DNA from: an uncultured Clostridia bacterium
Lineage (GTDB): Bacteria; Bacillota; Clostridia; Christensenellales; UBA1242
Length of the DNA stretch: 56,448 nucleotides
NCBI GenBank assembly: GCA_944381235.1
Contig: CALWKI010000069.1
Location: 1 to 56,448 of the forward strand
Direction: 5' to 3'
Shown: in pieces, positions 8,701 to 15,653 of the stretch
How positions within the stretch are numbered: position 1 is the stretch's first letter
Layout: every line of letters starts with the position of its first letter
The notes under the pieces: model-generated
Databases searched by the model: none
What the model saw: the letters and a program-made list of their open reading frames with translations, nothing else
Told to the model about the DNA's origin: nothing
Position numbers and translations under genes: made by a program

Positions 8701-11338
8701 TTATGACGACAGGGACGAGATAAGATTAAATAACCCAATACGAGGTTTAAGCGCGGGTGTTTATAGAGCCGTTTATATGGACAACTATAATACTAGTTCG
8801 TACGAATACATATTGTATGTAGGTGAATATCGGTTAGAAAATTTTGAAGACCAATACAATTTTAGTTATAACTATGTAATTGATAATAGTACTACAACTT
8901 ACTACACAGGAGGAGATGTCACTGTCACATATGAAGGTAATATCTATTCAGTTTATGTAAATGGTATTTTGTATTCGGGCACCTCTCACGAGTATCAACC
9001 AGAAAGTTTGCAACAAAACAATTTAAAACGCTTTGACCTAACAAGTGATTTTACCTACGACAATATTCCTGCAAATCAAAGTGTTGGAGGTACGACCGAA
9101 TACATTATAGAGTATAGAGATATAACAAATGGTCAAACGCAAAAAGTAATGCGAATAACTATTTTTGATATGCTACCAGAAATACTACTTACAAACAATG
9201 ATGATGAAAACGATGAAATATCTTCAACTCTTGAAGAAAGCGATTCACAAATTACAAATTCTAGCGTTAGAATTAACTATGGATACATAACTGGTTGTGA
9301 GTACGAAGCACTTAACGATTCAGACACTAACGAAGTCACAACTGCAACTCTTTACACGAGAGACGCAAACGGGCTTTATAGAAACGGAATTACAATACCT
9401 CGAGGAAATAGTTCTGATAGAAACCTTGTAAGTGAAGAAGGATACTACAGACTTGATATTACAAATAGAATACTTGGAAACACAAGATCGGTTTATTTTG
9501 TAATTAGGCTTGGAGACTTCCCTTTATACACAGTAAGTGATGGAGACACAACTCTTTCCCCTTCCCCATATGAAACACTTAATATTACTTTAAATAGTGC
9601 TGGTAATCTTGTGCAAGACACAAACGGCAATCAAAATAGCATTCTTTACACAATATATAATGCTTTGACCTCACTTCGTGACAATGGAAGTTTTGATAGC
9701 AATACTGATAGAAATGAAAGAGAGTACAATATGCTTGTTGAAGCAATGGGCTTTAGAAACGGAATATATTCTCAAACAAACATTGGGATTGCAAACGTGT
9801 TAAATCTTAGCCATTTCTATACCGTAAATAATGCTAGCATTACCTATAATAGTAATATTAACCTTGACATAATTGAGTTTACTTTTGAAAATAGCATTTT
9901 ACAAAATTTCTTTATACACGGAGATGGAGGATCAAACCCAACTCCTACAGGAGACGATGTAGACTACTGGACAACAATTTATCTTGTTTACTCACTCAGT
10001 GGACCAATTAGAATTGAATTTTTTGCAGTTACAAAAGTACCTAGATCAACCAATCTCATTGGAAACACAATTTATTACAATGAAACTGAATCAATACTTA
10101 TTCGTGAAAATGAGCGAGAACGAGACCTAACAAATTCAAATGGGATTGTGAATAATGAGTTGTCTCTTCAATGGAACAGTTTAAATCCTTCTCAAACAAC
10201 ATATTGGTACAATCAAGGTAATTTCATCTATGTAATGGAGAGATATGGAGTTGATGAAGATTATGTCGCGCTTGATTATACATATAACTCGACAAACGGA
10301 AGAAATTCATCAATCTTGCAGGGTGCTGGAACACATAGACTTATGTTTAGAGACATTGCGGGAAATACGCATAGTTTTTCAACTAGTTCAATGGCAATCG
10401 ACCCAAATGTTTATACAATTAATATAATTACTGAGGTCATCTACTACATTAACTATAATAATGAGGATCTAAACCCTATTCAATACGGAATATTTAATGA
10501 TAGTTTAAGTTTGGTAATTGATAGCACTTATCTTGAGAAAATATCAAGGTACAACGTTAGTGTAGTTAGAAATGGAACGCCTTATAACGCTTATACTAGA
10601 GAAGACAATGTTTACACCTTCACCTCTCCTGGCAGATATGTTGTAACTCTAACAGGTTCGTATGGAGGAAACGATTTAAATACTGCAACATACAATTTCA
10701 CTTTAGTGTCAACAAATTCTGCACGTCTTGCATTTGAATTTACACAAGTTCTAGATTACAAAATTATTCAAGTAATTAGAAATAATGAGGACATTACAGA
10801 TAACTTTGCTGTAAATGGAGAGATCTCTTCCCTATTTATATCATCTAGCGATTCAAGAAGTGGAAATGGTTACTATACTGTAACATTAAAATACGGAGAA
10901 AGAGACGACGAAATACTTGAATTTTCCTTCTTTATTAACGACTATGAACCAACTTTGTCTAGTAACGTTGCGTATGGAGAAACAACAACTTCAGAAATTG
11001 TAATATCATACAACCCTGCTTACATTTACGGACAACTTGGTGTTTGCTATATTAATGTTTTGATTTACAATGAAGACAGCGGGACTTTCTATCAATATGG
11101 TAGATTTACAATTAACGAGACCTCAACCGACAGCCTCTCTTCCTTTAGTTTGACACAATCTAATTCGTATTTCATACAAGTTGAAACTGAAAGCGGAAAC
11201 ATTGTATCTAGTTTTAGAGTAAATAAAACCGACCCACTAAATACCTTTGCTATAATCATTATTGTTATCGCAGTAGTTGCAACTATTGTACTCGTAATTG
11301 TTGTTATAAAACTTAGGACGAGAATGCGCGTCAGATAA
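2762..11338 (+). CDS. Giant (2,858 aa) surface protein with an N-terminal signal/anchor helix, a C-terminal TM anchor and many divergent beta-sandwich-like modules
   Basis: The ORF is 8,577 nt and uninterrupted in an AT-rich genome. An AGAGGT RBS is present. The N-terminus is MNKTRIKVVAFSLIMLVFSCCFIF. The C-terminus is FAIIIIVIAVVATIVLVIVVIKLRTRMRVR, a TM helix plus a basic stop-transfer segment. There is no LPXTG. Composition is Y/N/T/S-rich. Recurring module endings of the type G-Y-x-hydrophobic-T ... D-x-(A)GN ... hydrophobic-D-x-T-x-P, e.g. YFFIYDDAGNYSGITVLVDDTLPQI, YEIIERDYAGNYRTFTIYF, HRLMFRDIAGNTHSFSTSSMAIDPNV, YDVSIDRTKPNT, ITIFDMLPEI, FFINDYEPTL. Confidence 0.85.
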   Translation: MNKTRIKVVAFSLIMLVFSCCFIFLNESKTNPLGERKEVMASYQTGDTYFSDTENTSNSTLIENGYIPFSLFTSVEYAGNAGYSITDYYPEFTTSVRNNTYYYEMTEDSVPYILLSSKSGTTADDILTTLYNSTLHFRFNDINAKTDPGINYGKISERGQMQMAVTIRNSPTDDPIVLSASPDYVIAEEDNMYSFAVNLQELILNGATNENAECPELALSGGDVGIGEEDQQEYLGGNGTNNDVSARTGLYTFTISYNYTSSISGQFVSNNCVFEMSVYVVDYSTYITENQNPLTFENTDVYTVENETFTKEYQIYNYNYENAPVVNYDASKFALNFTFKVGGDDNTSNVYHFNYDNFVVDHEDGRTGIVTLSCEENGNTYSFYTYDDGDAENGTQYLAKFYLDDFEKNYIMVNQSYFNTSVFQGIYEFELDLLTQGDGSVPYTHVDKNLFSEEIQESLTYERLIIFGYDLRYEDKDTSSPTYNQVLPLVNDYTHTTIASYNAMTNGLDETEDETEVGNLLSIPSLIATTNITPLRFHNYGSLTDYTATYRRFDSFQISDEEILNTINGMTLAEIDDYIAKDDSTYSQEFQNITVAGIYLMKLEYSIDVPVPLVGDDNTPIKNITGCQYVLFKIESGLQSLYIQGIEGDTAYDFVSATNKDVRVGIEVRNNLFSNPISVSYTYAQDYQNTSMSGTLSLKRGEDGELETFTINNKEYYYYVINGALDYIFTKNGRYTVTIRSTGSTAKSYGFSIDKEDISDIQVNSVVQSSLGNYVKSNEITSSNIYGFDYIDKNLYVTDSAFTVGWAPKRSGVKEYVSIYVMDLKRGDSATSSSLFKQTNGDYWLTNNYYFDALKTGDSSNYLNSYNLTTLEANSYFFRPGLYYFFIYDDAGNYSGITVLVDDTLPQIAQGSWSGVPEESTWENSYSPTTNPNNFVNSDTVLYFGTHKALSLPLQKSSTGENFFENEITLQITDRSYTNAYDLTNNGAPVTKENININFYKDVLLALTNYIKETDGGDLFNLSWAEEEDRLTYYLLLENTLVNYSYFPVDVSLTPSSGTYSPAPVSVALYLNNSNATFNGEADYVFSLLNQNGLQIDREVHMSLDNVRSSFYAYNSPEDRFYIRKNAGTNLNSLIFEYTILNNDLSEYYEIESLYYSYYPFALDESDANYSLSSYPFSSVAVEEDTPLTATSLDGITYTTSTINPDYSSSEYGITEPGMYVVTRVYRGGPYNLVNGEYVETDTGYGGTHYLGDDGNYYPLFSLDPMTKSYTVYVDHNGIISSTYLSDGITREVGDNISISLNDDTNYSYTFKEFLTMTGNRALVTNEVPIKINIPFSKYFKYAENGTLNYVYSALSFSKLNVEIVYTNTSGVQYTYTIDGYDSSTGMCTSSMLVSTSNPNGHLIFQEQGSYTIRITDNTGYTLSSTSSTNLNVNPTSLEFSFEISHTSPSATAYSYIYNSITDRFEQNIQNDEYGTHIYAVNATNEVINGERNRFYLVWQDDRTPYMSKVNNLNINYIINSQASNFNIDFSRYDLNEIAEQNLAILLSDANSSLTVLAENSVNLDSFLFYLTVDYYDANNPYEVYDGENYYRYVYTLNFGLGAECVYEVTLSYDNTSSFAFKSTTYDVSIDRTKPNTNLDNLINSEDFLRTYYSSSIESFKEEKFDINNLYTLPSVLTYTFGVNTDYVLNYNEEETVPYFYVRSYNKYNGEYASITPDLANTEYYQNEDIFGRYPKFTETSLTNNIVNIGDNVWYLVEYSNDSLYSLIANTLGVVPSGYYEIIERDYAGNYRTFTIYFASQDSSSYDILRLDGRDEIRETFESSTGDNLTAEAFFTLTQLSSRLGWGVVKLRNETLNLDFDTRIYLTPESNLNSTLLERINTFLSGGGDEININCRYSFTLSKYNSSFPPVVKSVSVITNEDNARLSAPTITEVPNIETGLSTYTLTLPAYSTTSVLYLTSFDLYAFSNSTGAWELTQYSYDDRDEIRLNNPIRGLSAGVYRAVYMDNYNTSSYEYILYVGEYRLENFEDQYNFSYNYVIDNSTTTYYTGGDVTVTYEGNIYSVYVNGILYSGTSHEYQPESLQQNNLKRFDLTSDFTYDNIPANQSVGGTTEYIIEYRDITNGQTQKVMRITIFDMLPEILLTNNDDENDEISSTLEESDSQITNSSVRINYGYITGCEYEALNDSDTNEVTTATLYTRDANGLYRNGITIPRGNSSDRNLVSEEGYYRLDITNRILGNTRSVYFVIRLGDFPLYTVSDGDTTLSPSPYETLNITLNSAGNLVQDTNGNQNSILYTIYNALTSLRDNGSFDSNTDRNEREYNMLVEAMGFRNGIYSQTNIGIANVLNLSHFYTVNNASITYNSNINLDIIEFTFENSILQNFFIHGDGGSNPTPTGDDVDYWTTIYLVYSLSGPIRIEFFAVTKVPRSTNLIGNTIYYNETESILIRENERERDLTNSNGIVNNELSLQWNSLNPSQTTYWYNQGNFIYVMERYGVDEDYVALDYTYNSTNGRNSSILQGAGTHRLMFRDIAGNTHSFSTSSMAIDPNVYTINIITEVIYYINYNNEDLNPIQYGIFNDSLSLVIDSTYLEKISRYNVSVVRNGTPYNAYTREDNVYTFTSPGRYVVTLTGSYGGNDLNTATYNFTLVSTNSARLAFEFTQVLDYKIIQVIRNNEDITDNFAVNGEISSLFISSSDSRSGNGYYTVTLKYGERDDEILEFSFFINDYEPTLSSNVAYGETTTSEIVISYNPAYIYGQLGVCYINVLIYNEDSGTFYQYGRFTINETSTDSLSSFSLTQSNSYFIQVETESGNIVSSFRVNKTDPLNTFAIIIIVIAVVATIVLVIVVIKLRTRMRVR

Positions 11339-11390
11339 TTCAAAATTATTCTTAAATGTACTTATTCTTTCATTTTAAATCTATCAAAAT

Positions 11391-11426
11391 AAAAATCACC
11401 TAGGAAAATAATCTTAGGTGATTTTT
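11391..11426. terminator. Bidirectional hairpin terminator between the convergent giant gene and the Rho-like gene
   Basis: aaaatcaccta (11392-11402) pairs with taggtgatttt (11415-11425). The A-run before and T-run after allow it to work on both strands. Confidence 0.7.
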
Positions 11427-11467
11427 AACTATAATAAATCTTAACCTCAAATTTAGTTAAATATTAT

Positions 11468-12619
11468 CTAATTTTTATAATCAACAAACATACAATTATA
11501 ATTTTCAAGTTCACTTTTAAGTGTATTTAAACTTTCTGACATTCCATTGTCCTTAAGTAGTGCTACAACCGTAACGCTTGCCCCATTACTATATGTGCCC
11601 GCATATCTCATAAGACGGGAAACCAAGAACAGTGAATACGACTTAATGTCGCCTATGTTACCATTATTTAAAAAGTTTTGATACTTCACCATTTTCATAA
11701 GTTCGTTGACAAATATAACTACTTTTTTACCTTGCTCAATAAGTCTTGAAAGTCTTGAAAAACAAATTTCACAAGTGAGTGCATTCATTTTTGCCGTATC
11801 ATCAAGTAATGTATAAAAACTTTCACTAAAATTAAGATTATACTCAGGCAATGCGTCAATGCACAAATTCACAAAGTGATATTTGTCCACACATCTTTCT
11901 CTTATCTCCTGAAGTATGTCCATATATTTATTAAAAGAAGAAACACTTAAAACTATTCTCTTTCCTTCTTCTACGTCTCCAACTATTTCACTAAAATATA
12001 TATATTTATCGCTTCTTTGAACACTAATCTCGGCTATATCTTGTGTTTTAGTAAAATCTGATAAATTCTTAATCTTAGTTGCAATTCTTGCGTTATAATT
12101 AATACTATTTTTATATACACATTTTATATAGTCTGAATCTTTTAGATTGTTTTGATATACTAGTTCAGCAGGCACAATAATAGCATTTTCTATCTTTGCG
12201 ACCCTTCCATTTTGAAAAAGGTAAAAATTTTCTCCTATTTGCTTTAAATACCCCTCACCATCTCTAAAATCAAACTTTTCATCGTACTTAAATGGTGCAC
12301 TTTGATATGAATCATTCAGTTCTGCATAATTTTCTTCTTGTGGTGAAGAAAAGTCGTAATCACGCAAATTATTTGAATCTATCACGTCGCTATATTTTGT
12401 CGGTCCTTGATATAAATATGGGTTTCTTGCCTTTGGAGGCCTGCCTTGGCGATTTTTTGGTACTTCTGGTTGTTTTTCACCACTTAGAATTTGGAGGATT
12501 TTTTCAATGAGTTCATCCTTCTTACAAGTGGTAGGAGATAAAACCCCCAAGTCTCTTGCGAGGTTCCTCAAATCAAAGATTCCCATATTCCTCATTGTTA
12601 TTTCGTCAATTTTCTTCAT
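11468..12619 (-). CDS. Rho-like protein with a Rho N-terminal helix bundle, an OB-fold-like segment and a degenerate, truncated RecA-type domain (apparently ATPase-dead)
   Basis: 383 aa. [44 protein letters not shown] aligns with Rho_N. [18 protein letters not shown]...[21 protein letters not shown] aligns with E. coli GDGVLEILQDGFGFLR...[35 protein letters not shown] aligns with GQRGLIVAPPKAGKT, so GKT is lost. [10 protein letters not shown] aligns with [29 protein letters not shown] aligns with [29 protein letters not shown] aligns with GSLTIIATAL. The protein ends about 80 aa short of a full Rho. Confidence 0.6.
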   Translation of the reverse strand: [383 protein letters not shown]

Positions 12620-12740
12620 TTTTCCCCTTTTTTTACGGTATTAGTATACATTAAGTTAAATTTAATGTAAAGAAAAAGTTATCTTTACAAAATTGCAAAT
12701 TTTGGAAGTTCATTTTAGGACATAAATTAGTTTTTCTATT

Positions 12741-12776
12741 AAAAAATAGGAAGAATTTTTATCCTTCCTATTTTTT
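12741..12776 (-). terminator. Hairpin terminator downstream of ypeB, symmetric and usable on both strands
   Basis: aaaaaataggaag (12741-12753) pairs with cttcctatttttt (12764-12776). Confidence 0.7.
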
Positions 12777-12796
12777 GTTTTTTTAAACTTTTAATT

Positions 12797-14191
12797 TTAA
12801 AGTACAAGTTCTCCTTCGTTTGTTTGCACCACTCTAAGAACTCTTACCTGTTTGCCAGTATAAGCATCAATATACAAGTAATATTTATATCCATAGTATT
12901 CACCGCTAAATTCATATGCTAAAGTTTCTCCAACAAAGTCAAGTGGTATAACACATAATTTTTGACTCTCAACCTCTAAATTTTTACTAATAAGTTCCCT
13001 TGCTTCGCTTTCAGTAAGTTGTGCAATAAGGTCTTCTCTTTCAACGTGGTTGTAAGCATAGGAGGAGGCTTCCCAGCCAATAATCGTATTGCTATTTAAA
13101 TCTACCTTTACCTTTATTAAGTCTGGATACATAATAATATCATCAACAACAGGTGCAAGGTTAATATAGGCGGTTTTCTCAGTTTTTGCACTCCAAACAC
13201 ATTCCATATCGAGAATATCTAAACTTTTTGCAAAGTCTTTTGCTTGAGTAATAGCTGAAAGTAATTCTTCACTCTTGTCGTTTACATCGTCCATATCAAC
13301 ACTTTCGTCGCTTTCAGTACTATTTTTTTCTATCTCACTTGAAGAAGAATTTGCAGTTTCATTTCCACTACTGACATTTGCGCTCATAGTAAGCAAAAAC
13401 TTTCCTTTTTTAGTAATTTGAATATAGTACATTCTATTATTCGAATTCAGTGTAAAGTCATATGTTTCAAATCTACCTGTTGCCTTTCCAAGATAAACAA
13501 TATCAGTCGCATCGCTAAAAATGCTTTCTACATATTCTTTTGCTTTAGTCTCTGTTACTTCAAAATCTTTTAGTCCCTTAATAGTTTTGTTAATTGTCGA
13601 ATCTGAGAATGGTCCATCATATATAAGACTTGGGAATTGCATTGTATCAGTTGTAAATGAGGTAAAGTTAGATGAAAAATTATTTATTTCTCCGTCTATC
13701 CCCAAATTATCAGAAATTCTATACCCGTTCATTATTTTTTCAATAATTTTATTAAGTTCAATTTTAATGTTATTAATACTACTATGAACACTCTCAAGTG
13801 TTTCAATGTCATTTTCACTAATTACCCCGTCATTATATGTTATTAGAGATGAACAATAACCATTTAATTTATTCATAAACTTTGATGTCTCATACACTAC
13901 ATTTGCACTCACAGGAAGAAGACTTAAAGAATTCTCCGCCTCTCCTGTTTGCTCTTTTATATTAGATAAAATTTTTTGTTGCGAAGTTGAATCATTTGAC
14001 ACAAGGAGTTTGCTAACCTCTACCTCCATATTATTCACATTGTTTACTAAATCATAAAAAGACCTTTGATAAACATTTTCTAAATTTGCGGACGTAGAGT
14101 TTAGAGTGCTTGTTGTCGAAAATAGCGTTAGTCCAAGTACGAGCACTATACAACTTAAAATTGAAACTGTGATTATAAATGCTTTTTTCAT
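12797..14191 (-). CDS. ypeB: Germination protein YpeB
   Basis: 464 aa with an N-terminal TM helix. LENVYQRSFYDLVNNV and FPSLIYDGPFSD are YpeB-type motifs. The C-terminus is PepSY-like. The gene sits immediately downstream of sleB, as in the sleB-ypeB operon. Confidence 0.85.
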   Translation of the reverse strand: MKKAFIITVSILSCIVLVLGLTLFSTTSTLNSTSANLENVYQRSFYDLVNNVNNMEVEVSKLLVSNDSTSQQKILSNIKEQTGEAENSLSLLPVSANVVYETSKFMNKLNGYCSSLITYNDGVISENDIETLESVHSSINNIKIELNKIIEKIMNGYRISDNLGIDGEINNFSSNFTSFTTDTMQFPSLIYDGPFSDSTINKTIKGLKDFEVTETKAKEYVESIFSDATDIVYLGKATGRFETYDFTLNSNNRMYYIQITKKGKFLLTMSANVSSGNETANSSSSEIEKNSTESDESVDMDDVNDKSEELLSAITQAKDFAKSLDILDMECVWSAKTEKTAYINLAPVVDDIIMYPDLIKVKVDLNSNTIIGWEASSYAYNHVEREDLIAQLTESEARELISKNLEVESQKLCVIPLDFVGETLAYEFSGEYYGYKYYLYIDAYTGKQVRVLRVVQTNEGELVL

Positions 14192-14211
14192 TTCCTTTCT
14201 ATCTCCTTATA

Positions 14212-15066
14212 TTAAAGTGCGAAAACATGCTCGCCTATTGTTACAACAGTTTGTCTAGACCAAATCCAACTACTAGTTGCGGTCGCTGGATTATAGTAGA
14301 ATAAACAACCATACGTTGGATCCCAACCATTCATAGCATCTCTTGCAGCATTATACGCTGTTTGGTCTGGCTCAAGGTTAATTTGTCCATCACTTACTGC
14401 AGTAAACGCATATGGCTGGTAAATAACTCCAGCTATTGTGTTAGGAAATTCTGGGCTTTTAACCCTATTAAGTATTACTGCCGCCACCGCAACTTGTCCA
14501 ACATATGGCTCCCCTCTTGCCTCAGCGTAAACACATTTTGCAAGCAAGTATAAATCACTTGATGACTGAGTTGAACTGTTTGTAATTCCAAGTGCTGACG
14601 CCGTCTTTGCACCTACAATTCCGTCAACAGTTAATCCATAGTCTCTTTGAAAGTTTCTTACCGCGCTAATGCTTTTAGTTCCAAATATTCCATCAACAGT
14701 CCCCGTATAATATCCTAAATTTTTTAGTTTCTTTTGAATTTCGGTCACTGAGTAATTTCCATTACTACCAGTATTAAGTCCAAGAGAAGTTAAAGTGTTA
14801 GTCCCGACAATTCCATCAACTGTTAGGCCATAGTCTCTTTGAAATCTCTTTATTGCGCTAACACTCTGACTGCCAAGAATCCCGTCAATACTTCCATTAT
14901 AGTAACCCAATTCTTTTAACCTCTGCTGAATTTTTTTATTTTCCGATGATGTCGCTGTGTAAAGTGCAATGGGCGCCGTACGTGGCAAAATAAAATTCGT
15001 GAGAGCGTAGGAACAACCTATTATAAAAAACAAACATAAACTTAAAACAACTAAATACCTTTTCAT
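14212..15066 (-). CDS. sleB: Spore cortex-lytic enzyme SleB (two PG_binding_1 repeats plus a Hydrolase_2 domain)
   Basis: 284 aa. Two repeats of the type LKELGYYNGSIDGILGSQSVSAIKRFQRDYGLTVDGIVG. The C-terminal domain reads LLAKCVYAEARGEPYVGQVAVAAVILNRVKSPEFPNTIAGVIYQPYAFTAVSDGQ. Confidence 0.9.
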   Translation of the reverse strand: MKRYLVVLSLCLFFIIGCSYALTNFILPRTAPIALYTATSSENKKIQQRLKELGYYNGSIDGILGSQSVSAIKRFQRDYGLTVDGIVGTNTLTSLGLNTGSNGNYSVTEIQKKLKNLGYYTGTVDGIFGTKSISAVRNFQRDYGLTVDGIVGAKTASALGITNSSTQSSSDLYLLAKCVYAEARGEPYVGQVAVAAVILNRVKSPEFPNTIAGVIYQPYAFTAVSDGQINLEPDQTAYNAARDAMNGWDPTYGCLFYYNPATATSSWIWSRQTVVTIGEHVFAL

Positions 15067-15591
15067 TTATCCTCCAAAAAAATTTCTAATTATTTCAAGG
15101 ATTCTGCTTTTATACTTATACCCCGCGTTAGAATTTAGAAAACAAAGTGGAGGATAGACCACGCACCACCAGTTATCTCCCTTTGCCTCACCAAGCCCCA
15201 CAATTAATGCGTCATAGTATCCACTTTCAAGCGTCACGTTATCATAGCTTCTAACTGGAAAATATTCATTTTTGATTTTAGCAGAACTCTTGTAATCAAA
15301 GTTATTTTGTGCAAGAATTTTGTTTGCTATACTCTCAATGTTAGATAAATTTTGATTTATTGCGTATGTAAACTCACTTTTCGTTTTACATGAGGAAATA
15401 ATAGGGGTTAAAAACTCCACAATTTCGTCTTTAATCTCGTATTTTACCGCTTGGTCAACATCTGAATTGCTATTTGCTCTAATATGTATTCTTAAATATT
15501 CAGTATGATATGTCTTGGTACTGGTTAACCCCACAATAAACATAACTACAACCGTAGCACATAAAAAAAATATGGCAATAAATCTTTTCAT
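15067..15591 (-). CDS. spoIIR: Stage II sporulation protein R
   Basis: 174 aa with a signal/TM helix. YLRIHIRANSNSDVDQAVKYEIKDEIVEFL and GDNWWCVVYPPLCF are hallmark SpoIIR motifs. Its stop TAA directly abuts the sleB ATG (TAAATG). Confidence 0.9.
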   Translation of the reverse strand: MKRFIAIFFLCATVVVMFIVGLTSTKTYHTEYLRIHIRANSNSDVDQAVKYEIKDEIVEFLTPIISSCKTKSEFTYAINQNLSNIESIANKILAQNNFDYKSSAKIKNEYFPVRSYDNVTLESGYYDALIVGLGEAKGDNWWCVVYPPLCFLNSNAGYKYKSRILEIIRNFFGG

Positions 15592-15653
15592 CTTTTACTC
15601 TCCTATTACGAAAAGAATTATTTACCATACTTTTTATTTTAAACTTATTTTTT

